A stretch of DNA of 63,282 nt, filler included, from Dicyema japonicum (GCA_011109175.1; 7 parts of 7 records of this genome joined end to end with filler, not necessarily neighbours in it), one strand, 5' to 3'; shown: positions 49,701 to 63,282, numbered from the whole stretch's first letter. A program made the numbers and translations. The notes: generated by a model from the sequence alone, not told the origin.

Positions 49701-52484
49701 ATCTTTACAATTTCCTATTCTGCTGAAAGGTTGACAAAGATGATCCTTTTTTTCACAGAAAAAAACTTATAAACTACGAAAATGATAACAGTTCAATATT
49801 GACTGCAACCAGTATGTTACATTAAAATAGGGAGGAATAACACTTTGCATGTATTCCTCCGTTTGCCCTTCGCAAGAATCTTCCATGATAACAAGATGAA
49901 TATAAGTCTCACTTGATTTACTGTGAGGTTCACTGGAGGAGTCAATGAATCTGCCAATCTCGTGGGTAGGTAACACGGATTTATGATAATCACTTGATGA
50001 TCAGTGTAGTAATAAAGTATAAAAATGTCCTTTGTATCTGACTTTGAGTATTTGTCAGATAATTTACGCTGTGATGAAAAAATCAAACGTTTATGAAAAA
50101 ATTGTCCTAAAAATGAAAATTTCAAGAATTTTTACAAAATAAGTACCGCTCACAGCTATGAACCGCCCTCACTTCGCAAAAGCTATAAGGAAACGGTTGA
50201 GATTGTACTACAGACTGATAGATTACTATTGATTCGCCTGAACGAATAATCGCAACTGACTGTATCTTGATAATTCGGAGATTCTTTGCTAAAGTTTTTA
50301 ATAAATTGAAGAAAGGAATCAAGAATTTGAACAAAAACAAATAAAATAATAAAATTTAAATTTAATATTGGGAGTTCGGCACTCATATAGTTAAGAGAGT
50401 TTGTTTCGAGGAGAGAATCGTTCATGTGTGTTAAAAAAATTCTAAAAAGAATTTGTAAAGAAGATTGGTTTAACGGGTGTCTGTCCTTAGTCCATTCTTT
50501 AAATTTGGAAGAGAGTTATGGCACAAAATGGTGCCGATGTGGAGGCTTATTTGGGAAAATTTTATAGTTTTTTGGATTGGGTAGAATAAGGAAGAGAATA
50601 AATGACTATGTTAATACAGGCCAAATTCAGACCCTGGAGTATCTGAAGTATTTTGAAGTATGTGTAGATCAGGAGGGATTATATATTTGAATGAAAGAGG
50701 GGAGGAAAAAGCTGTTGTGTTGTCGGAGTCACTTGTACGTTTCCATCCATTTCCGGAGAATTTTCTGTATTAACGAAATATTGTGCCTCTTGGATACTTA
50801 AAGGGTGTAATAAAGGGTCATCAGCCAAGAAGATATAAACGGTGTCTCATATTAAAAGAACCTGTAGCTTTCTAATTTAAAATTAGTTTCATGTCCATTG
50901 ATTTTATCCCGAGCTTTTATTAGCGTTTGGAGTTTGATGCTTAGTAAAGTTATCTCTCATGCATTGTATAGTCGTAGATCCTTGGGAGATTAACCGCTTT
51001 TGCGTTAAGGGATAAGATAAGAAGTCACAGTATAAAACCAGTCACCAAGAATAGATTCTCAATTAATAACTTTTTCGTTGTACATTAAATCACGGCGAGA
51101 CTTAAATATTTTCTACTCAATAATAAACTTATGTTCAGTAATGGATTCCCAAATAATTTCCAGAATAATTCACTTCGGTCAATTGGCATGTCATCATTTA
51201 CTGCTGATTTGATTCTTCAGTAAAAAGCTTTTCGGTAAAGTTCAAGGTGATGGTTTTCCATTCGGAATTTTTTCCTCTATAGTCTTATTCTCACTCTATA
51301 TTATTCTCACTCTTTCCCCATAGTTCATTCGGGTACCAACCAATATCAGTGCATGACACCCCAGTTTTTCCTTTGCAGAAATATTTTCATAAATAATTTT
51401 TCTATAAAATTCATGTGAAACTTACACTCTAATAACTATGCCATCCTTCCAACTAGAAGGTTCGTACCTCTTCGGTGTAAGCTTCTGATAAGAAATCTGG
51501 CCATGCATATAGAGATAATATTCACTGCAACATTTGTTGCTATAGTAACAAGCGAAAGCTTGAAATGCTTTGATTGTTCCTAGTTTATCCACCTTGGATG
51601 TGTAATCTGTCGTGGAAGTCATTGAAATTTCTGTTTTCTATTTGAGTTCGAAAATAAACTGATTCTTTTGCTAAATCCTTTGTTTTGTCTGACCCTGCAT
51701 CTGATCATTCATTATTCATGTTACTAAGAGGAATTCCCCTTCTTGTTAGAGGTTACAAGTTCAGAAGAGTATCCCTTCGAAGATTCTCAATTTTGTGACG
51801 GAGGTGGCAGAAAAGGCACAGGTTCTGCCATCGACTTGGATACATCGTCTGTGGAAACAAGACATTGCCTTGCTTTTGACCTCGATACTTCGTCTCTGGA
51901 AGTCAAAGAATGGATTTCTTTATTACTTTTATTCTAATTGTTTCTAGATTTGATTACATTTGTGAATGAGTTTGTACAACTACAAACCTTAGGAAATCGT
52001 TACATCTTGAAAATATAAAGTAAACGATCATAAATTGACAGACCTATATGACCACAACTTTTATCCTGTCCTGGTCAGCTTTCTGTGTTTTCCCGCACGT
52101 AATCAACCTTTTGGATCTCTGGGTACGTCTGTCATTAGTAGTTAGATTTTTTATCGACAGGTTTCCTTTACTAGTAGGAACCGGGGGAAAATAAATAAAA
52201 TAATAATAAATTTTGGTTTTTGTCTAATATATGACCGCCACTTTCCTGCAACAAAATCAATATATGATGATTTTTTAGTTGAAAATTAAGTACACTTGAC
52301 CCTCGCAATTGGCCATTTTTGTTCCTTAGAATTTTGTGGCCAATTTGAGAAATGACCAATTTGAAAACTAAAATCAATAATTTTGAAGAACAATAAGCAA
52401 ATAATTGCCTTAAATGAACAAAAAATGTATTTAAGTTTTATTTTTTTATTTTTTTAAACAAAAATTTTTTTAACAATTAAACAA

Positions 52485-52650
52485 ATGTCAGTTGAGGAAG
52501 CCTGCTGCGTGGATTGCGAACGAGTTCCCTCGGAGTATGGCTATTCCATCTTTTGTCTTACAGCCATAACCTTCTCGTTATCCTTTTCTTCTGGCAAGCA
52601 TTCCTCCGAGTTCTCGTAAGAATTCAGCCGTCATTGGACCAACGGACTAA
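52485..52650 (-). mobile_element. CRE-like 3' end fragment
   Basis: GPMTAEFLRELG..IAILRGNSFAI. Confidence 0.6.
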
Positions 52651-52989
52651 GTTTTATTAAAATAAAATGTAATTCTAATTGATTTTTCTTTCCTTCAATA
52701 ATTCTTGCATTTTACTTTTTTATTGAAGAAATAGAGACATTTTCAACATTGGCTAAGAGTTGTAGTTAATCTAAATGCAATATCCATTTTGTCTGTATGT
52801 CTTGTTTTTTTCAGATTCTTGTTCACTATTTTCTTAATCTTATAAAGAATTTGGATTTTCAATAAATGTTTCATTTTCCGTGTATTCAATATTTAAAAAA
52901 TCTTCAACTTTGAGAGGATCGAAAATGTCTGTTTTTCTGATTAATAATAACAGCTTTTTCACGAGAGCCATAATATTTATAGCTCCGCA

Positions 52990-53266
52990 TAGGCAGGACA
53001 CACACTTTATTTAAGTAAAGAACAGTTAATTTTAACTAATCGTAGAACCAAGGAATTATCTTCACTTCTTTTTTCTCTTTCTTGTGTGTGAGTCCTTTCT
53101 AGACAATCAAGTTCCGTAGTTAGTATCCTCTGATGACGGCGTCACTCGTCAAACCCTTTTGGCATCGTAGAAGGATGGAACCTTCCACCAGGTGAACAGC
53201 AGCGAGAATCGAACCCGTAACCTAAGTCACCTTAGCCCGACACCTAACCACTACGCCACCGTCTAT
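52990..53266 (-). mobile_element. tRNA-derived SINE (family B)
   Basis: Head has A box TGGCGTAGTGG and B box GGTTCGATTC with a T-stem CGGG/CTCG. The tail is homologous to 55487-55620 (-) and 31140-31262 (+). Confidence 0.75.
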
Positions 53267-53602
53267 ACTTTAATAATAATAAATAAATTTATTATATTTT
53301 TTCAAAAAATAATTTAAAACTCGGTTAGAAATAATATTGTTAATTTTAAATTTGTTTAAAAATGATAAAATAAAAATTGAATAAAATATTGAATTCTGTC
53401 TCAATAATAAATTTTTCAGTTGGAATGTCGTATGTCTTGTAATTTATAATTCTAGACTATTAAATATATTTTATTGTAACAATGGGTGTTTAGCTACTAA
53501 AAGAATTTTTGCCGACTGCACAACGACCAGAGAGACTATTAAAAAAGTGCCCATGCTTAAAAAAACTAGATTTTTGATGTTGATTTTTTCGACAAAAGCA
53601 GT

Positions 53603-54464
53603 GTGGACTATTTGGTCTTGTTGATTGCTTACAGCAATAATAAACATGTGGTTTTATGTGATATAAATCTGCAGTATTATCTTGAAACAAAGAAGAGCCT
53701 GAAAAGTCTTCTCAGAAATAAAGAGGAGTCTTTTGTATTTCAAGTTTATGTCGTGAACTGTGAGGACTCATTCGAGACCATTTTGGATCAGCTGTTTTGT
53801 CCCACGACACGAAGACATCTCGGAAAGGTACTCAAGAAGATGCACAAGTCAAGGATACTGTTTTCCATTATTCCATTAATTCGCAGAGTTTCCTTCTCAG
53901 ATTCCGGGGAATTCACATCCTACGACGTGGATATAAGAAACATACCCACAAAGGCTATACAAGAACAGGCTAAAAACGATCTTATCGAGAAACTGCGAAC
54001 AGAAATCTTATCCAACCATGCCCAAGTCAGTGGAGAGTTGGAAAGGATCTACAACAGGATTAGTTTACTCGAAAGTATCAGTTTTGCTTATTTTTAGATC
54101 GCCAGAAACAAATGTATTATTATTGCTTACTCTTAGTGTGGATGGCCAAGTCAATTTAAGTAATTTGAGAGAAACTGTGGCCAAAATTTCAGAGAATATG
54201 TCTTCTGAATCCAATATACTATTTGATGTATTCTCCAGGGGTTTTTCTGGATTATTTCTTGTAGAATTTCTTACTCTAAATGATCAATTTTCTAAAATTT
54301 CTGAAATAAGTAAAGATACGGAAGAAAACACATGTAGACTTAATCTCCAATTGGAGGATAAATATCAAAATCTAATTGAAAACCTTGAAACGACCACTTT
54401 GAAAAGCCTCGTAATTTTAAAAGATCAATTTGAAAAACAGAACAATGAAATTAAGGGTTTGTAG
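53603..54464 (+). CDS. Uncharacterised protein (two overlapping ORFs, coiled-coil-like C-terminus)
   Basis: ORFs of 164 and 148 aa in an otherwise AT-rich region; family not recognised. Confidence 0.35.
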
Positions 54465-55069
54465 CCGTTTTATTGTTTGTAGGTCTTATTTCAGACATGA
54501 ATTCGTCACGTGATCCATCATGGCACTCAATTCTTTCGGAAGATTTCATAGAAATCTCTGACGACGATGAAACGAATTCCGTGTATTTCCAACGGAATGA
54601 TCGGGATTAGTTAATTTTCCATCATTCTTTTACATTTTGAATTTTTAAAACTTTTTTTGGTTTTGTAATTGATTTTAAATAAGATTTGCCAATTGAATTT
54701 CTAATTAAATTATTGATTTCATTTATAATCTTCCATAAATTGGGGTGTCTAATTTAATGGTTTTAAACATGTTTGGATAGAAATGTGATTCACGTGGAGA
54801 GGATATTTATCACTGATAAATTTTTAAAATGTTGGTAAATTTCAGATTTGGCAAATTTAAGAGTGGCATATTTGAGAGAGTTTACTGTATTTGGAAGCAG
54901 CCATGAGGGAATTCAGACCGTTCGTTATACAAAGAGAATATGATTAGCAGACGATGTCGACCTAATTTNNNNNNNNNNNNNNNNNNNNNNNNNNNNNNNN
55001 NNNNNNNNNNNNTTAATTAATTAANNNNNNNNNNNNNNNNNNNNNNNNNNNNNNNNNNNNNNNNNNNNG

Positions 55070-55256
55070 AATCGGACTGGCTCGCCTACGGTGTGGACAA
55101 CACCCTTTTCTGGCTGGCAGAGTAGTTCGAGACCTTTTTCCCTGCCCTGGACCACCGGATGCAAAAGTCGAAGATCTCTGGGAGCGGCCTGTCCGGACTG
55201 CACGCTCTTTGATGGTCGCCGGCTTCCCACTTGCTGGCGAAGCCGGGGTTAATAAT
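55070..55256 (+). mobile_element. Vingi/Ingi-like 3' end
   Basis: LARLRCGQHP..CPGPP..DLWERP, ending CCGGGGTTAATAAT like the tail of the 3383-6494 element. Confidence 0.75.
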
Positions 55257-55628
55257 TTAATTTAAGTGACAATGGATGTTAATATGTTACATTTTTCAAG
55301 ATCTCTGACTTGACGTTTTCTCGTATAAAAATTCTAATTTGGAATGCCCATAGTTGAATTTTTTTATTTTTCGATGTTATTTTCAATCAATTTTATAGCT
55401 TTTTTTGCTTTAGATCGTTTATTAAACAAAAACGCATATAATAACATTCGCATTTCCGAGGAACCATATCAGTTATCACTCCTCTCAGGCAGAACACACT
55501 TTATTTCAAACAATGAACATTTTAATAATTAATCGAAAGAAGATCAAAATATGCACTTCACTTCTTTGTTTTCATTTCTTGTGTGTGTGTTTTTTTATAG
55601 ACGATCCGGTTCCGCAGTGAAGTGAAGT

Positions 55629-57027
55629 TCCATTACACACAAAAGTGATCGCATGCTGCTCCAATTCCTATGGGATGTTGAAAAGAAATCATGCTATTGT
55701 CTGAGGAAGGCAGGATTTCTACGGCCATCAAATCAAACAAAACTTATATGGCCACAATCATAGAATTCCTCAACCGAAAATATAAAATTTAAGAACCCGA
55801 TATTCTCAAAATGGAACTACAGAAAAATTTTTACTGGAACAAATACGTGCAGAACCATTGCATAGTCTTGATGATGACAATGTTGATATAGAATCTTCCC
55901 GTTAGCTTTTGCATGGAAACAATTCACCCAAATCCGAAGGAATGTTGTGCCTCACTCAAGATCATAATTTATTCTTCGATAGTATTGGCTCTAATTTTGG
56001 TCACTGTAGCACTGTTAAAAAAAGTGTTGATCATTTGGCTACAAAATGAGGTCGAATGGTGAACAGTGGCTATCTTTGCCGACACTTCCAGCAGGGACTA
56101 AAGCATGTCGAAGAGGAAAAATTGCACAAATATGACCTGCTTGCAGGCGACTAATACATAATGCTAAGGTTTACATTGTGCCAATAGTGCTTACCTGGGA
56201 TGGAATTGTATCAAGGTTTTATAAACATCACCATGCTTCGCTTAATGTGGAGAATCCTATAAGAGCGTACATCCAATCTCAAGTGATCAAAAAGACCTTG
56301 AGAGCATGCGAGTAGAACACAAATATGGACTTATTATTGATGAAGGATTGATGGACGTTACCATTAGAGAAGGACTTAAGAGCCAAATATGCCACCTTGG
56401 AGAAGAACAAAATGGACAAATTGGGACAACGAAGACTATAGATGTTATTCAGGATAAGTCTGTGTTATTGGTCGGGTTGAGCAATAAGAGAAGGAGAATG
56501 TGCTAGGGAGGATAACATAGAAGGAGCCTCTACATTAGTTAATTTATTTCTGACGTTAATTTTAAATTAATGTAAATTTAATAATAAAATAAAAAACGTA
56601 CGACACTGTGAGTTCCCAAGCGGCCACCCAGCCGCTTAACTTCCGTGGTCGGCTGAGAACAGGTGGTTACGGCAAAGTATGATCGTAGTTAAAATAGTTG
56701 TAAAAATGCCTAAATATTATTCTCTCGCGAGTTATACATTATCAAGGTTTCTGCCAATAAACCCTGATATCTTTTTAACACATGTAATTTCCCTACATGA
56801 CGTGAATAGTTTTCCGCCTTTTCCCCTCCAATATGTTTTTTTATTTATATATAGGCTATTCGAATTGCTCCCCTTATACTTTGGACGTGAATAGTTTTCC
56901 GCCTTTTCCCCTCCAATATGTTTTTTTATTTATATATAGGCTATTCGAATTGCTCCCCTTATACTTTGGATCTCACCATTGAAGTCACTCATCCCACAAT
57001 AATATGTGTATGTTAAATTCATAAAAA
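55629..57027 (+). repeat. Near-identical duplicate of 59752-61080 (R4-like 3' end, 5S-like copy and flank)
   Basis: Colinear high-identity match with scattered substitutions and small indels. Confidence 0.9.
56595..56690 (-). pseudogene. 5S rRNA-derived copy with an internal deletion of about 22-24 nt
   Basis: AACUACGAUCAUAC..CACCUGUUCUC..CGGAAGUUAAGCGGC^UGGGUGGCCGCUUGGGAA..GUGUCGUACGUUUUU; helix I pairs; T-run terminator. Confidence 0.8.
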
Positions 57028-58210
57028 TGAACTCCACTTTATTTAACAAAATAAAAAAAGTTAATATATTTAATCAACAACCTTCCTCGCCTGCCTGTTC
57101 AGACTTGACCATGTCATCAAGACCACGTGGATAATTTTCTTGATGTTGAATTTTATAATTTATTAGCCTTTACAGCTGTGTAAAATGTAGTAATTNTCTT
57201 GTCTCTGGGAGAGACGGTTAGGTATGTGAGTCATAAAAGGCCAACATATGTGCAAATGTGTATCCAATTAAAGTTGGGAAAAGTGGTTAAATCAAAAAGA
57301 ATTGATTCCATTACAACACTCCATAAAAGTGCTTGTTTCAGGCCTAAAAATGCGAATATATTAATTTTGTGTAGATAATAAAAGCTACTTTGTCTATTAA
57401 TTTAATAAGCGTATTATTTTTCTGATTTGAATTTTTATAATTGAAAATGAAACCCAATTTATTTAAATTCCACACATGAGACTTGACCATGTCATCAAGA
57501 CCACGTGGATAATTTTCTTGATGTTGAATTTTATAATTTATTAGCCTTTACAGCTGTGTAAAATGTAGTAATTAAATAAAAATTTTAAAAGGTATTCATT
57601 TAGCCTTTAGTCCAACTTGTCTTCGACGCATTGAAATCATTTATACATTTATATTTTAGACGCATTGGTTTTTAAATTTGCCCATTTGGTGTCATGTTTT
57701 GCCATTTTGCTACTTGATTGAACATTTCTTTTTCCTTCTGTTGGCGTCATCGGATCTCCTAACTTAGGTGACCCTTTCCAGCATTCAAAGTTAGTATTCA
57801 TCTCTTCATTCCGGGAGACAATACAGGTTTTGGCTTTAGCCTCCCTGATAATGTCCTTTTGATGACTGTGCCTTGATGAGGACTCTGCTGGAACACGTCA
57901 AGTTTTACCGTTGGTCTATAAACTAATTTCATTTAAGTTAACATTATTGGTCTAGTTATTGTCTATTTATGTATTCCCGTTGGCATAAAGTGAAAGAAAT
58001 TGGTCTATAAACTAATTTCATTTAAGTTAACATTATTGGTCTAGTTATTGTCTATTTATGTATTCCCGTTGGCATAAAGTGAAAGAAACCAATGCTTATC
58101 ATAAGTGAACGCTTCCTGGAGATATGTGTACATTTAATGGCATGCCTGATCACGATGGCCTGAGACAATTATTAATCTTTTCAATGAATGAAGGAGGATC
58201 AATCGTTGTG

Positions 58211-58415
58211 CCCAGTGCCAGGCTGGCATGAAAAGGGTCATTTGCGCTCCCATTCTATTAAAAGGATTTCCAAAACTGCAAAGAATGGAAGTCTATTACC
58301 TTTTATGCTGATTTTGTATTGACCTGTGTGACGTGAAGGACTGTTTTGTACAGTGGAAACTGGATAGACTTATTGGACTCTGTTTCTGTAACAGTGGAAA
58401 CTGAATGCACTTAAT
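58211..58415 (+). mobile_element. SINE-like family A, 5'-truncated diverged copy 3
   Basis: CCCAGTGCCAGGCTGGCATGAAAAGGGTCATTTGC..TTTATGCTGATT..GTGGAAACTG..CACTTAATTA. Confidence 0.7.
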
Positions 58416-58699
58416 TATAAGAACACTCTTCGTCTACAATGAAAAGACTGTCCGATGTATGGGAGAGATAAACATTTTTTGCGCCCTCCTCTAAGTTAGT
58501 GAGGCCATGGTTACTTTACTAACTAACAAAGCTAATGTTTGTAAGAGCAATCGCATCAATCCAAGTTCACTCATTCGTGTTTCCAAAATTCGAACGAATG
58601 ACGAACTCCAAAGTGCGTATTTCATCTTATAATTTCTATAGAAACGCGTTCAGTCAACAATCCCTCTTCTAAGCTGTTCTTTTCCCCTTTTGCTGTCAA

Positions 58700-60733
58700 C
58701 AATCGGAGCTTTTTTTACATAAAGTTATATAGAGAAACCAGGGATGCTATATTCTGTTTTAATGAAGGTGAATGTCTAGCATTTTGGGAAAATATTTGGA
58801 AGGAGCATGATAGCAAGGAGAACACATATCCGATGAGTAGGAGAGTTACTGGAGTAGAAGACGCATTTGTAGACTGCAAGAAAGAAGATATCCTTGAAAC
58901 AATTAAACTCCTGCCTAATTGGCAAGTCAGTAGGTGTGTTGGGGTGTACAACTTCTTTCTTAAAAAATTTACTTCAATCCATGATAAACTCTGTGAAGAG
59001 GTTGCCAAAATAATGTATGGTAATTATACCCCCCGATGAGTGGTTTTACACAGGATTACAACTCTGGACTCCCATACTGGATCGTGAGTTTCACCAAGAA
59101 TTTGGGAACCAAATGGAAAATCTGACTCAACTTTAATCAAAAAGAAATTGGACAAGTTGAATTGAAGCGAGGGATCTTGCAAGGTGATTCGTTGTCACCA
59201 CAAATATTTGTACTTCTGTTGAATCCTCTCAGCAGTATTTTGAATGCAAAATACCCAAAGGTGACCATAGATTGCCTGATATTTTCCCACAAAGAGGATA
59301 CAATGTTGTTTATGATGAATGAAGTTAATATGTCCTTCGAAGCTAATGGACTTGAACCAAATGCAGAAAAATCGGCTACTAATGTTTCTGGGTTGAGCTC
59401 CCAAGCCAAACTGCTTGATGGAATGAGGGATACCGATACCTTGTGTGTTGGAAAACAAAAATAGCATCGTCTTGAAAAACGAAATTCTACAGACGATTTT
59501 TAATGGAATTAAAAATAGAACTGAAAACTTGCAGTGACAAAATTAAATTCTGGAAAACTGTTCAAGGCCATGAATGAGCATGCTTTATCTCTCTACAACT
59601 ATTACATCAGATTAATTGACATCGAACCAACTGAATTTGAACTCATTGACAAGGATATACGCAAAATCCTCGTAAATCACAGGATTCACTTTAAACCCGG
59701 AAACAAAGAACGACTTTATTTACCAAGAGATCAGCTCGGAAGGGGTCTAGTATCCATTACACACAAAAGTGATCGCATGCTGCTCCAATTCCTATGGGAT
59801 GTTGAAAAGAAATCATGCTATCGTCTGAGGAAGGCAGGATTTCTACGGCCATCAAATCAAACAAAACTTATATGGCCACAATCATAGAATTCCTCAACCG
59901 AAAATATAAAATTTAAGAACCCGATATTCTCAAAATGGAACTACAGAAAAATTTTTACTGGAACAAATACGTGCAGAACCATTGCATGGAATACTTTTCT
60001 ACAGTAGTCTTGATGATAACAATGTTGATATAGAATCTTCCCGTTGGCTTTTGCATGGAAACAATTCACCCAAATCCGAAGGAATGTTGTGCCTCACTCA
60101 AGATCATAATTTATTCTTCGATTGTATTGGCTCTAATTTTGGTCACTGTAGCACTGTTAAAAAAAGTGTTGATCATTTGGCTACAAGGTGAGGTCGAATG
60201 GTGAACAGTGGCTATCTTTGCCGACACTTCCAGCAGGCACTAAAGCAAGTCGAAGAGGAAAAATTGCACAAATATGACCTGTTGCAGGCGACTAATACAT
60301 AATGCTAAGGTTTACATTGTGCCAATAGTGCTTACCTGGGATGGAATTGTATCAAGGTTTTATAAACATCACCATGCTTCGCTTAATGTGGAGAGTCTTA
60401 TAAGAGCGTACATCCAATCTCAAGTGATCAAGAAGACCTTGAGAGCATGCGAGTAGAACACAAATATGGACTTATTCTTGAAGAAGGATTGATGGACGTT
60501 ACCATTAGAGAAGGACTTACGAGCCAAATATGCCACCTTGGAGAGGAACATAATGGACAAATTGGGACAACGAAGACTATAGATGTTATTCAAGATAAGT
60601 CTGTTATTGGTCGAGTTGAGCAATAAGAGAAGGAGAATGTGCTAAGGAGGATAACATAGAAGGAGCCTCTACATTAGTTAATTTATTTCTGACGTTAATT
60701 TTAAATTAATGTAAATTTAATAATAAAATAAAA
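58700..60733 (+). mobile_element. R4/Dong-like (RT-RLE) non-LTR retrotransposon, decayed
   Basis: KRGILQGDSLSPQIFVLLLNPLS, KLNSGKLFKAMN, ERLYLPRDQLGRGL, C..C..SVDHLAT, KYDLL, IVPIVLTWDG. Confidence 0.85.
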
Positions 60734-60829
60734 AACGTACGACACTGTGAGTTCCCAAGCGGTCACCCAGCCGCTTAACTTCCGTGGTCGGCTGAGAACA
60801 GGTGGTTACGGCAAAGTATGATCGTAGTT
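60734..60829 (-). pseudogene. 5S rRNA-derived copy with the same internal deletion
   Basis: As 56595-56690, but with UGGGUGACCGC. Confidence 0.8.
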
Positions 60830-63130
60830 AAAATAGTTGTAAAAATGCCTAAATATTATTCTCTCGCGAGTTTTACATTATCAAGGTTTCTGCCAATAAA
60901 CCCTGATATCTTTTTAACACATGTAATTTCCCTACATGACGTGAATAGTTTTCCGCCTTTTCCCCTCCAATATGTTTTTTTATTTATATATAGGCTATTC
61001 GAATTGCTCCCCTTATACTTTGGATCTCACCATTGAAGTCACTCATCCCACAATAATATGTGTATGTTCAATTCATAAAATAAATTAATTACATTAATTA
61101 ACATTATAACACTAATTAGTTTATTTAAAAACTCGAGTACATAGATTTGTTAGTTATCGTCTATCAGAGGTCCAATCACAATTGTTTGCCTAAAATTACT
61201 TTGAAAAGTAAGCGATTGTAACGTTCTTTACCATCATCATTATTAGAATTATAATTCAGTTATATTATTTTTCACTATCGAAAAACTTTTGACAACGTGG
61301 CTTTTAGTTTTTTGTGGACACCTTTGTTATGAATTAAAGGTCTTAAGAATATTGAAATTAATCATTTTACATTGTTTGTTTAAAAAGGAAAGTGACTAAA
61401 TTGCCAGATTAAAAAAAATTAAGTTTTGATTTTTAGACACGTGGGCTTCCCCCCCATTGTGCCCATGTCTGAAAACTTTAATTAAAGGTTAGAAAAGATT
61501 AAAGTTGGAATTTTTTGAATTTAGAATTGAAAGCCACTCAACATCAAAAGGTTTAAATTCGTTAAACTCATCAAAAAATTTCCAGAACGAGAAATCTCAT
61601 TATCTTGTCTCTGGGAGAGACGGTTAGGTATGTGAGTCATAAAAGGCCAACATATGTGCAAATGTGTATCCAATTAAAGTTGGGAAAAGTGNNNNNNNNN
61701 NNNNNNNNNNNNNNNNNNNNNNNNNNNNNNNNNNNTTAATTAATTAANNNNNNNNNNNNNNNNNNNNNNNNNNNNNNNNNNNNNNNNNNNNCTTTTTGTT
61801 GCTTTCCCATAAGTTGAACTAATGAGTAAATAATAACTTGGAGAAATAATATTTTACTATCACGAGTCTACGGAAATCATCTTACGCCATCGACTCATTT
61901 TTGAACAAATAAAGATTGAACAGATGATGTACTTCTGATCACAATAACAATATTCCATATTGCTAATATACCACTTTCATTTTCATTAGCAAAAGGGAAT
62001 GTTGTCATCTCGTCTGGGGGTTAAACCTTCCAATTTCTGATGCCTTACATGACTTCTGATAAAATTAATTTATCTTAATATATAAATATGACTCTACAGT
62101 TGGCCCAAGTCAAGACGAATTTCTCCATATAAGTCAAGACAGCTGCCTGATTACAAAAGATATTAAAAAGGAGAGATTTTGAAAAGTGAAAATATAATCA
62201 GAGTCAATCTTGGTGGACTTATAAATCCGTAGAAACCGGAAATAAATCAGTCAAACTGCACTTCGTATTTCACATGGTCATCTCGAATGTTGTGCTACAT
62301 ACTGATTTGGAAATCACGGTGCCATCGCTCCAGTTCTGAATCTATAGGGAATCAGACATCAAAGAACTCAGACTGGATAATAACATACAGACTTGTAAGA
62401 CTTCATTCCAGTCGACGCTGAAGAGTTCTCTTAATGAAACACCTCATCCTCTTTTGACTAAATCTTGGCTTACGACATTCTTGATATCTTTTTTAAAACT
62501 CCTGCTCGTTATCCATAATTTCAGGTCTCACTCTTTCAAATTCTTACATATTGAGAAGGACCAATGTTATACATTGAAAATAGTCAAATTTTATAATTGT
62601 TTAAGTAATTTGGACAAAATATCTTCAAAGTCAATGTGCGTTTAGTTAGATCAGTGTTTATCAACAAGTGGCGATTCGCTCCTGAGGGAAGATATTTAAT
62701 GGTCAGGGGGCAATTTTTAATTACGGATTTTTTAATTATGAAATATTTACAAATAAATTTAATTTAAATAATTTAAATATAAAGCGTACAACTTTTTGAT
62801 ATATAAGGGAATACAAGAGAACTATTGATCTTGGATCCACTTAAACTTTGTGTTTGCATGTGGTATGGAATTTTCCAACAAAGTGATGAAGACACCTCGC
62901 TTATTAGAACACGCAAAATGAAAACATCTAATCACTACGAAAAGATATTGATTTTTAGAAGCCTAAAGAGAAACCATAACAAAAGGATAAAAATAATTTC
63001 AATAAATACCTACAAATCCTCATACTTTTCAGGATTTGTGTATGTACATTAAGTTGCAAAAAATTATCGCCTTCACAGGTTTTTATTCATTTGTATTTAT
63101 ATAGGTTACTTTTTATTTAATAAGTCAGCT

Positions 63131-63282
63131 GGCCGCGTGGCACCATGTGGTGATGTGTGGCTAGTTGGTCAAAAATTATTTTCCCTTCGTCCAACGGCGT
63201 CAATTGATTCACCTTGGTGAGGAGACGCCCAATGCCTGGCCGGCATCAAGAGGATTCAACTACTCTTCCCCGGGGGGACAAT
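63131..63282 (+). mobile_element. SINE-like family A relative (copy 4, diverged, cut by the window end)
   Basis: GCCGCGTGGCACCATGTGGTG hairpin and GGCGTC..ACC..GGAGACGCCC..TGCC-TGGCC-GGCA. Confidence 0.7.

Noticed and set aside
53482-53600. MGV*LLKEFL resembling an XPG/PIN N-terminus with in-frame TAG (alternative genetic code?)
   Set aside because: Single instance; the conserved genes show no systematic in-frame TAG/TAA, and acidic PIN motifs are not recognisable.

Overview
AT-rich eukaryotic scaffold, probably from a compact-genome animal. Host genes have 23-28 nt GT-AG introns, as in dicyemid- or myxozoan-like parasites, but the taxon cannot be fixed from this window. It is a concatenation of about 7 contigs joined by N-TTAATTAATTAA-N linkers, and single-copy genes show frequent homopolymer indels. 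Recognisable host genes are snurportin-1, a proline/hydroxyproline dehydrogenase, DMAC2, the 3' part of AATF/BFR2 and a possible basic-less HLH protein. Most of the rest is mobile DNA: Vingi/Ingi-like, CRE-like, RTE-like, I/Jockey-like and R4/Dong-like non-LTR retrotransposons, hAT, MULE, pogo/Tigger, Tc1 and Ginger-type DNA transposons, and two SINE-like families. The most notable system is a full-length, TSD-bounded Vingi/Ingi-like LINE that begins with an HDV-like ribozyme fold and carries a 2A (StopGo) peptide before its endonuclease. It is accompanied by a non-tRNA SINE-like family (4 copies) carrying the same HDV-like fold internally, behind a 5' hairpin, with the catalytic C apparently lost in three copies. 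Also notable are a PHD-finger CRE element and an R4/Dong-like element abutting the terminator of an internally deleted 5S rRNA copy. All family assignments come from motif recognition by eye; no searches were run.
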